A DNA stretch of 62,972 bases from Candidatus Aenigmatarchaeota archaeon. GTDB taxonomy: Archaea; Aenigmatarchaeota; Aenigmatarchaeia; CG10238-14; SpSt-28. Shown here one piece after another: positions 13,601 through 25,600 of the stretch; the stretch's first letter is position 1; every line of letters begins with the position of its first letter. Location of the stretch: contig JAWAZZ010000003.1 in NCBI GenBank assembly GCA_038997305.1, forward strand, positions 1 through 62,972, given 5' to 3'. The notes beneath the pieces were generated by a model, which was not told the origin of the DNA, ran no database searches, and saw nothing but the letters and a program-made list of their open reading frames with translations. A program made the position numbers and the translations under genes.

Positions 13601-16600
13601 ATACAACTAGAACTCTTTCTATAAGAGCTATTGATGCACTTAATTCGAATAATATTAGCAACGCTAAAGTAACTTTCGTTTTAATAAACAAAACTAATCA
13701 AGAAACATATTATACAACATATACAAATGTTAATGGTTTAGCTTTCTATGCTTTCGATCCAGATTGTTCTTTTAATGCAAGCCAAAACTATTGGTATGTA
13801 AAATTAGAGGATAATCAGTGTTACGAAGATTCAGTTTCTCCTCTATTCACTTATTATATCTATGGAAAACTTTATAATAACTTACTCTATCCACCTTTTG
13901 GTTCTGTATTTCCAAGTAGAACTCAGTTCAATATATCTTCTATAATTACTTCGGATTGTGCCGATGAAGGAAATATCTCTGGAGCAAATCTAGAAATAAA
14001 AGTAATAGGTCAAGAAGAATATTCATGTAGCAATATCTACGAATATAATGGTGTTTACAATTGTACTTTCGATACATCTAACAAAAAAGCAGGAACCTAC
14101 AATATAGTCTTAAATAGCACTAAACAATATTATTTTGGAGATTATACAACTTATTCTAATTGGTTTTCAATTGTTAATTCAATACCAACTTATTCAAACT
14201 TAAATGTTACTCCATCAAAAGCTCCTTGGACGTCAGTTTTTAACTTTAGTGTATATGTATCAGATCCAGATGGAGATACTGTAAGATGTGCGCTAGAAAT
14301 AAATAAGGGTGGTAGTTTTGTTGAAGTTGCCGTAACACAAATTCAAGGCTCCGGATTATGTAGTTTCTTAATAAGTAATTTTGACTGTCTCGATATAGGA
14401 ACCAAAGAGTTTAGATTTTCGTTATATGATTACTATAACAATGTTGTTTACACAGAGACAAAAACATTCGAAATAACTAAAAGTTATGTATCTATAAATC
14501 TTGTGGCCGGTAATGGAACTAATGTAAGAAGAAATATAGATAGTACTGTATTTAGAGTAAATGTTAAAGATCTTGTTAGAAACTCGTTAGTTGGGTTAAA
14601 TAATTTACCAGAAGCCAAAATTAAGTTCAACATAACTAATGATGGATACAACTTTGTTACTCTAGATGAAGTAATAACTATTTCAGGATATGCGGAAACA
14701 ACTTTCTATCCAGATTGTTCTTATAGTGCTACAACTCAATACTGGAAAGCTTATGTTAGCGAAGATGATAGTTGTTACTATTATAATGAAACTACCCCTA
14801 ACTTTACAGTAAATGTTATTGGAAGTTTATTGCCAACAGTTATACAACCAACTAATCTAGCTAAGTATAGAAGAGGAGAAAACGTAACAATAAGAGTTAA
14901 TGTAACTGATGAGTGTACGAACCTTGTTGATGTAGATTATATAAACATAACTCCGATAAGCAAAAATACTTTACAAATATTTTCATGTGATGTGCAAAGA
15001 GAATCTTTAGGATATTATAACTGTAGCTTTAACACATCTAACGTTCCTGCAGGTTCGTATGATATTAGAGTTAATGCAACAAAACAATATCATGTTAGTA
15101 GTGTTTATACAGAAAGTGATACATTCTTTATAGAAACCAATCCACAACTATTCAATCCAAATGTTGATATTTATCAAGATGGTTGGGGTAAAACTAGAAC
15201 ATTTAGAGTAGATGCTTATGATGAAGATAGAGATGCGCTATATGTTTGTGCATACTATAGACCTGTAAACACAACAGAATGGAAGTTAATAGCTTGTAGA
15301 ACTAAACCGAGTGGAATTGCTTTGGCTACGCTTTCATTTACAAAATCCTTTAGTTGTGATGATCTATTTGGTAACGACACATACTTATACGAATTCTTTT
15401 TCAATGTTACAGATGATGATGGAAATACTGCAAATAGTGAAATAAGAAATTTTGTTTTAGAAAAAGATGATATTTCTATTTCTATAGCAGAAGGAAGCAA
15501 TGCAATTTATAATAGAAGCGATATATACAAAATACCTTTAACAATATACATAAGAGATTTAGATGCTAATTCACATGCAAACAGACAAGTTAACGCAACA
15601 TTATATGTAACTACAATTCCTGGTTCGACAAGCTATGTTATTGATAATACGTATTTAAATAGATTTCCAACATTAGGAAATATTACTTTCTACTTCCCAA
15701 ACCTACCTAAATGTACATATGAAGTTGGTCCACAAAAATGGTATGTAAGTGTTAACTCCAGTTGCTATAAACCTGCAAACTCTCCAATAGGTCAAGTATA
15801 TGTAACTACAAATCCGCTTAACGTTAGTCTATTAAGACCAAAAGGCGAAATATATCCTCAGCTAAGCAATATACCTACAGTTATTAATGTCAGAGATGAT
15901 TGCAAATTTGTTAGCGGAGCTACTTTAAGTGTAGAAGCGATAGATATAGAATCTAACAAATATTCTTGTAGTTCAATAGTTGATTATAATAATGGAACAT
16001 ACAGCTGCTATTTCTCTGGTTTAACTACGCTAGGAAATTATACAATAGCAATAAAGGCAGATAAAAACTACTATCCACAATCTCCAGAATATTACTTTCC
16101 AAATTCATTCTTTATAGTTTCTAAACCTACTGTATATAGCCATCAAGCTTATGCATCCAAAACATATTCCTCTACAGGAGGTTGGGGAGATACTTGGTTC
16201 TTCGAAATAGAAACATACGATGAAGATCAAAACTTCTATAATTTTGAAGTTCTTAATGTTAGTCTCTACATAGATTTTGGAAATGGTTACAAGTACTATG
16301 GTTCTCAAATTTGTAGTGCTCCAGATTGTTCTAGTCTAAAGAAGTTTACCTTTACAACAACTTTTGATTGTTCGAAAATAGGAAATGCTAATTATAAATT
16401 CGTTTTGACTGATGTGTTTAATAATACTGTAGAGGTTACAGGAACTATAACTATTAGACAAGATAGTATACAAATAACTCCAATAATATATCCTTCTTCT
16501 GTTGAAAGGGAAGGAAGTACTTCATATTTGTTCAGAAGTATTGTAGAGGATTTAGATAGGGGAAATCTTGTCGATAATATGAATGCGACTATAATGATAA

Positions 16601-19600
16601 CAAGAAACTATAATAACTTTGATTATATAGTTCCATTAAAATCGATAAATGGATATTTGGATTACTATTTAGATCCAGATTGCAGCTTTTTAGCTGGCAC
16701 TCAATATTTCAAGTTAGTTTCTAATGACACTTGTTATGAATATTTTGAAACTTCGCCAATAAATTTCGATGTAATAGGAAGCTTAAAGAACTATATTGTA
16801 TATCCATCACAAAATTCAAATATATTGATAGAATTTGGAAAAATACAAAACATTACTATAAACGTAAAGGATGAATGCGGAGTAAATCAGGAAAATGTAA
16901 ATATAATTACAGAAGCAATATGGCCAAATAGCTTTATTGAAAATATACCCACTTATGAAATTGGAAATGGTTACTATAACGCAACATGGAATTTAACATA
17001 TAAGATTGGTGGATATTATTCCTTTAGGATTACTTCTTCCAAACAATTCTATTTATCTAACACATCTTTGTTTAGCAATTGGTATTATCTTAACAACACT
17101 CCTCCAGAAATTTTAGATATATATGTAACTCCATCATCAGGTCCTTGGGGAGGAGTATATAGCTTTATAGCAAATATTTCTGATTTACAAAGAGATAATG
17201 TAGTATGCAAATTATATGTCTATACTGGAAAAGGATATTGGATATACAAAGGTCAACAAATAATACCAAATGGTAACGGAATATGCAATATTAATGTTAA
17301 CGATTTCGATTGCTTAGATATTAATACTTCTTTTCCAATAAGATTTAAGTTTGAACTAAATGATGGAACAAATATAATAAATACCAGCGAAATTTATGCC
17401 CCAAGCTTAACAAAGAATTATGCTACAGTTTACTTAGTTACTGGAAACAACAGCTTTGTAAATAGGGCTTACTCTAACTCTACTTTATTATCTTTAAGAA
17501 TATACGATTCAGTAAGAAACGTTTTTGTTACTCAAGGAGTTAATGGATTTGTAAGAGTAACAAAAGATGGAAGTAATTATGGAGAGTTCATATATAATCA
17601 AACAAATTCTAGCGGATATCTAAACATATATTTTGACCCTAGCGGAGATTATGAAGTTGGATTGCAAAAATGGTATGGAGGAGTAATTAACGATAATTGT
17701 TATTTTGATACAAACAGCTCAGAATATTACTTAACTGTTCTTGGAGAAATAAATGTTAACACATTCGAAATAGATAAACAAAACTATCCATATTATCTTA
17801 AGCCAATCGAAAATGTTACAATAGTTTTAACTTTAGTTGACGATAGATATTCTTATGTAAGTGGAGCTAACGTAAGTATAAAACTGATAAACGAAAATGG
17901 AAATGCATATGATTGTAAAGTAATAGAAATTGGTTCTGGAACATATAGATGTACTATAAACACTTCCTTACTTTCTGCCAGATGGTACAATGTTTCTATT
18001 TACGCAACCAAAGATTATCATATTCCATTAGCAGCTAATTATTCTAATGTTTTCTTTGTAGAAACTAAACCAAAAGTTTATAATGTTAGTGTAATAAGCG
18101 AACAAAATTCCTCTATTGGTGGTTGGGGAGAAAATTGGAGATTTATAGTTAATTTTGAAGATGAAGATTTGGATACAAATGAAATTCATTTATTAATAAA
18201 ACCAGAAAACTCTCAAACTTGGTATGACGTTAATTATACAACAATTTCCGGAAAGAACTATAGTATTATAGAATTAGCTTATAAAGATCCTGGATTATTA
18301 CAAAGTTATTTAGGAAAATGGCAAGCACAATTCTATTCTCAAGATTCTAGAGGATATATAGAGTATAGCGAAATAGTCAATTTCACTGTAGAAAAAGATG
18401 ATGTTAGAATAGAGTTAGCATTAGGTAATAATTCAACTGTTTGGAGAAATTCTACACAAGCAGTAACACTAAAAGTAAGAATATACGATTTAGACCAAAA
18501 AACATACATATCTTCACCTACAGCAAAAGTTTACTTCTTTGTAACAAAGGATGGAAATACTTTTGATAGTGGAAAAATTTCATATACAGATGATTCTGGA
18601 TATGCACTAATAGATTTCGATCCAGATTGTAACTATAAGACTGGAAGACAAATATGGGTAGCAAGAATTATTGATGATAACTACTATAAACCTGCAAACT
18701 CCTCCAACTTTACTGTAAACATTTATTCTACATTAATACCAAATATAAGCTATCCAGATGGGCATGCGTTCTTAGTTGGAGAATTAATACCTATAAACAT
18801 AACTTTGACAGACGAATGTGAATTTGTGAATAATGCAAGCATGAGTATAACAATAAGGTTTTTAGCCACTACATATACTTGCTCTCCAGTTAATAATATC
18901 GATAATGGAATTTATAATTGCATTTGGGATTCTAGCGGAAAAGCATATGGTTCATATTCAATAACAGCAACTGCCTCTAAAGCATATTATGCATCTAACT
19001 CGACAACAAAATCTCCTGCATTCTATTTAGCATCTCAACCACAACTAGCTAATCCTAGCATAGATAAATATTTCGGAGGTTGGGGAGAAACATATAAATT
19101 CAGAGTTGAATTAACAGATTTGGATAGAAATTTGAATAATGTAAGCTTATGGAAGAGTTATGATAATCAAACATGGATATATGTAGCTAGCAAATCTGTT
19201 ACACCTACATACACAAACTATCCAGTAACTTTTGATGTATCTTTTGATTGTAACGATTATCTAAATGGTCCAAAGGTTTACTTTAAATTCACATCTAGAG
19301 ATCAGTTTGGATATTATGCAGAAAGCTCGATAGTTAACGTAACTTTTGAACAAAATGACGTTTCAATATCCATTCTAACATATAATTCGAGCGTAAGAAG
19401 ATTTGGAAACAATTACTCATACTTCTTATTGCAAGTTTATGATGCTGATAGAAAAGTTTATCCAAATAGCACACAAGTTAGTTTATTCGTTACTGAGAAT
19501 GGAAACTTATATTCTGTAACTTTAACTAATACAACTTTCATAGGAAATGTTAGCTTCTACTACGATCCAACATGTAATTCATTGGTAGGAACTCAGAAAT

Positions 19601-22600
19601 GGTATGCAAGAATTACAGATGTTTGTTATAAAAACATTAATACAACAGAGAGACCTTTAACTGTAATAGGTCAGATATATGTTAATATACTATCTCCAAC
19701 ATTAAATCAAAAACTTTATAGGAACTTTACATACTACTTTAATTCTAGCACAAAAGATGAATGTAATATAATAGTAAATGATGCAAACGTTAGTTGGTAT
19801 TTTGGAAATAGTAGAATTGGTAATCAATATAACATAACTTATACAATTCCAAACAATTACAAATTAGGTCTAGAAAATGTGAAAGCAAACGCGACAAGAA
19901 CGTATTACGATATGAATGAGAACATTACTCAAATTTATGTTTATGGATTTGCAGACTTAAGAGAAATTTATCCAATAAACTTTAGTGAAATACTAGCAGG
20001 AATGCCTACTGAAATTGCTTGTAGAGTTGTTGATAGAAACCTAAATGTTCCAATAGAAGGATATACTGTATATTTCTACAAAAACAACACTTTATTAGGA
20101 AGTGCACTAACCAATTCTAGTGGATATGCAAGCATAATATGGAGTACTAGCTCAGAATTAGCTGGATATTATGAAATTAAATGCAATATTAGTAGCGATA
20201 ATATTAAATATTACGATCCATACATCAATGAAATTTCGTCTATAATAAGAATGAGAAGACCATTAATAATAAATGAAATTTCTGTTAATCCTCAAGAGAT
20301 TTATAGAAATGACACCTTTACACCAAATACAGCAACAATAAGAGTTAGAGTGTATGATTCAATAGTTTCTGCAACAAGTAATGCAATAGTTCACTTCTAT
20401 AATGAAACTCATTATATTGGAAATTGTACTCCAGATAATCTTGGATATTGTTCTATAACATATAACATACCTGATAACTTAGATGTAGGTCCAAAACCAA
20501 TATACATAAACGCAACACCAACTATTATAGGAAGAGAGAATTCAGCTACTAATATTACGTATGTAATAGCAAAGGGTAAATTATACATAAGGATTGAGCA
20601 ACCAATTAATGGAAGTATATTTGCAAAATCCTCTAGTGTAAACGTAAGAGTTTTTGCTACGAGCGAAAATAGAGAAGATATACCAAACAAATATCCAACT
20701 TCTAAAGTCGAAATTACAAATTCTAGCAGCATTTTAGGTTATGCAAATCCAAGCGGAGAGGCAAACATTTATTCTGGAACTATAACATTATTAGATCAAA
20801 AGCCAGGATGGCTTAACTTAACTGCAAGACTATCCATAAATTATTACGATAAAGCTGAGGATAGTATTTTAATATTAGTTACTGGTTTGGCTGGAGTAGA
20901 GTTCGTTACTCCAAAGGATAATCAAGAAATTACATATCCAACTATAATATATCCAACATGTTTAGTTAAAGATTTAGATAGTAATAGTGGAATTGAAAAT
21001 TATCCTGTAGAGTTCTATTATAGAACTGAAAATTCAGATTGGTATTTTGTATCTACTCAGATAACTAATTCTAGTGGATATGCAAATATAACATTTATTC
21101 CACCAACAAAAGGAATCTTCTATTTCAGATGTGTAATTTATAACAATCAAACATTAGTTTACTCTGCAATAAATAATGAAAGCATTGTAAAAGTAATTTT
21201 CAAAGACTTAACTCCACCAACAATATTACAAACATCTATAAATCCAACATATGATATAGAAGCTAACAAAGATTATGTAAACATTACTGCATTAGTAGTA
21301 GATAATATAGGAATTAGCGAAGTTTGGACTAACATAACATTGCCAAATGGAAGTAGTGTAAGAGTTAATATGAACTTGATTTCTGGAAATTTAACATATG
21401 GTTATTATTCAGCAACTTACATTCCTCCAATAGGTGGAGAATATAATGTAACTATATTTGCAAAAGATTTGCCACCAGAAGCAAATGTTAATTCAAGCTT
21501 TGCAGGAAGTTTCTTTGTATTTGGAAAAACTTATTTAGATTTAACAGTTAAGCCAACAGAAGTAGTAGCAAGTGGAATCACAATTTACGAAGGTTATCCG
21601 TTTAACATAAATATAACTATTAATAATCTTGGACCAACAACAGCATATGAATTAAATGTTTCTATATATGATGATTCTAGTAATAGAATTGAATATTCAA
21701 CAAACTCTATTTCACTCGATAAATTACTAAGATATGTAAATGTTACAAACTTAATATTATCAAGAATTAAGGAAGCAACGCCTGCTCAAGCAATTAACAT
21801 ATTCATAAACTTAACATGGAGAAATCCAGATAATACTTACAATTCTACTTTAGCTAGAATATTTGTCTTAGTTGCAGAAAATCCGAAATTAGAGGTTAAG
21901 CCATCATATTATGAAAGTGTTGTAGAGCACGATAGCATTAAAAATATAGGTAGCTTAAATATAACTAATATTGGAAATGTCCCTGTAAGTGAAATAAAAC
22001 TATCGTTAGATTTGAATACTCCATTCTTCATGCGCTGCATAAATTGTACGATAACATTAAATCCATCATACCAAGGTTTCTTAGCAATGGGTCAAAGCTT
22101 TAATTCATCAATTACTGTAAAAATACCTGCTGGCCAAGATCCAGGAAGTTATTGGACTAGAGTGTTAATTTCTTCAAAAGAGGCAGCAACTATATATTCG
22201 ATATTAAACGTTAGCGTTCCAATAAATAATAGTTGGATAATAAATAAGGAAATTAGCGGAATAATACTTGCTCCAATAGGAACTAGAAAAGATATAGATA
22301 AAGTAGAATTTACTAACATAGGAAACGTAAACGTTAGTATTTCAATATTTGTAAGCGGTAATGGAGCAGAACTAATAAGAGTTGAAAACTTTAGTTCGTT
22401 CTCTTTTGTTCTTCCAAAACAAAAATCAAGAAATATTACATTTAGTTACGATATTCCAATAGACAAGCCAGAAGGCTTATATGATGTTAGAGTTGTAATG
22501 AGAAGTTTAGATGGTTCTCCAAACTTAAGAGAGTTTACCTTTATGCTTAATGTTACAGATATTCCTCCAATAATAGAAAACGTTACATTTAGCAAGACAG

Positions 22601-25600
22601 ATTTTGAAGTTAATGAAACTATAAACATTAGTGCAAAGGTTTATGATAACATAGCATTAGATAAAGTTTGGATTAATATTAGTTATCCAGATAATACCTC
22701 TGAAATAAAACTTATGAATTATTATAATGGTTTGTTCGTTGCAAACTTATCTTCTTCAAAAGAAGGTAATATATCTGTAAGTATTTGTGCAAACGATACA
22801 AAAGGATTAACCAATTGCTTAGAATATAAAGTAAGGGCATATTCGAAAACATTATTAGATATTATTTCAGAAATTATAACTTTCGAAAATGTTACCTTAG
22901 AAAATTCACAAACTAAGAATGTAAAAGTTAATTTAACTAACTTAGGTTTTGCAAGAGCAAGAAATATAACGATTGTCGATTCCCTAAACGATAGCTTTAT
23001 TATATCTTCAATAAACATTTCTCAATTATTAGCTCAGCAAACTTTAGCATTACAACTCAACATAACAGCACTTAATGGTACTTTCGCAAATAATTATACG
23101 ACAAATGTAACAATATATTGGAGAAATTTAGATGGTAGTATAGCTAACAAAACTTCTGAAATAAAAATAGTTATACTACCAATTCATTCTTTGAAAATAT
23201 TAAACAGAACAGAAATAATAAGAAACGGAGAAGTAAAAGATGTAAATATAACAATAATTGCAAACGGTAACTTAAATGAAACTAACATAACATTTACATG
23301 TATTGAAAATTGTGAAACATTTGGAATTAATATTACAAAATTCATAGACAAAATTGCATTAGGAGAGACTAAAGATATCAATGTTACTGTTAAAGTTCCT
23401 ACAGATTTGCCTACTGGAGAATATTTAGTTAAATTTGTCGCATTTAACGAATTTATATATTCAGAAGGATTTTTGAAAATATTAGTTCCTGTTAACATAT
23501 CTTGGGAGCAAACTCCGAACTATTTAGAATATGAAGTTGTACAAAATGATTACCTAGAAAGCAAAATAACATTAACTAACAAAGGAAATATTAGACTGTT
23601 GCTAAACCTATCTTCAGAAATAATTAATGGAACTAGATTCGCATTTTTCGATAACTTTGAAAATTCATCAAACATAACGTTAAAGATTGGAGAAAGCAAA
23701 GACATTAAAATATTGATTAAAGCACCTGTAGTATATAATTACTCTATTTTTGAAAACAGAATTGTTTCTAAAAACTATACAGCAGAATCTGGATTACAAA
23801 CAAAAGAAACAAGAATAATATTGAAGATTCATCCGTTCTTCGTAAAAATACTAGAACCTACTGAAAATAATCCATTAAAGAATGTAATAAGCGGAGATAC
23901 CATCTATGCAAAAGTCAATGTAAGCTATGGAAACGATATATTAAGCTCTAATGTAAGCTTTAGAGTTTATCTTGCTAACGAAACCTTTAAATATGAAATT
24001 GAAAACTTTATTGCGCAATTCTTACCAACTGAAAGATATTGGTTAATAACGTTTATTGCTCCAAACCTAACAGAATCGATTGCATACGATTTAATAATAA
24101 ATACAACTTACTTAACCAAGAATATTTCTAAGCTAGCAATAGAACCGAAAGCAATAATTTATAAAGATAATATTCCACCAAGCATTGAAGTATTCATTCC
24201 ACCAAAAGTTAGAGTTAATACGACTACAACAATATTAGTGAACGTTACTGATTTGGGAGGAGTAGAAAATGCTAGCACAATAATAGTTAAACCAGATGGA
24301 AACTTAAGCTATTATAATTTAACATTTGTAAGAAGAATAGGTAGTACATACATATATAAATTAGATTTTAACGAAACCCAACAATTAGGAACTTACGTGA
24401 TTAATGTAATTGCTTACGATAAAAGCGGAAATAAAGCAGAAAAAAGTTCAAAATTCGATGTTAGACCATTAATTTACTTTAGTGGAATTTCTTATGACTT
24501 AGAGAAAGTTGAATTTACCCCACTAAATGTTACTTTTGAACTATATCCATCACAAAGCTTACAATTAGCTTATGCAATAGTGCCAGATGAAGATGGATAT
24601 TATAACGAAACTATTGAAAGTATGTACTACGATATAGTTTATAAATTCTTTAACGAAAGCTTGACAATATATAATGTTGGTTTGTTTGAAGATATTTTCA
24701 ATCCTATAGTATTGGGAATTCCAAGAAGCATTATATTACCAAAAGAAGCTATAAAAGGTTACTATATAGAATCTATATTTAAAGCATCCTCAACGCTAGC
24801 TTTTGATATAAGTAATGTAGATACAAAAACGTATAATATTAACTTACTAGGAATATATCATTGTGCAAATTGGACAAGATATATTGGTTGCAATTCAACT
24901 TGGATAAGATTAAATAGCATAGTAAGTGCTTCAAGTCTAAAGGTTTATGCTATTAATTTATCAGAAATTAGAGGTGCATATATATTAGCTCAGTATGTTT
25001 GTGGAAATAATGTTTGTGAAGATAGATTTGGAGAAAGTAATGCAGTCTGTCCAATAGATTGTCCAATAGCACCTTCTGCTGGAGCACCAGCTGCACCAGG
25101 AATACCTGCAGCACCTCCAATAGGTGGTGCGCCTATTGGTGTTCCAGGTGGAATAGGTGCAGGCGGAGGTGCGCCTACAATAACTTTACCACCATATGAA
25201 GTCTTTACCAAAGAAATTTCTGTAACATTAAAACCAAAAGAACATACAATAGTAAGCATTGATATAGGAAATAATAGAAATAGAGATATTAAAGTTAGAT
25301 TTAAAGCAGAAGGTTTGATTTGGGAGTTTGTACAGTTAGAAGCTAATGAAATAGACATAAAAGCAAGTCAAAGAGGAACAGTAAAAATGAAAGTATTTGC
25401 ACCAGAAGGTAAAATGCCCGGAATATATACTGGAGATTTAGTAGTATACATAGAAAATGAAACATATAGAATCCCCGTAACAATTAAAATAGAATTACCT
25501 CCAGAGCCGTTGCTAGACGTAATAATAAATGTACTAAAGAAAACCATAGAACCAAATGAAACATTAAGAGTCTTTGTAAGAGTTGTTAACATGGGTCAGA

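Noticed and set aside
8341-19975. The possibility that the 12-copy repeat array is an assembly artefact
   Set aside because: Copies differ extensively at the nucleotide level and I saw only ~20-nt shared strings, so collapse or expansion by an assembler is unlikely. Long reads are still advisable.
24990-25358. 122-aa minus-strand ORF with a striking G/A/P-rich stretch (GAPPPAPIPPGTPIGAPPIGGAAGIPGAAGAPAEGA)
   Set aside because: It is simply the reverse complement of the P/A/G linker of the giant protein. GC-rich low-complexity DNA is open in several frames.
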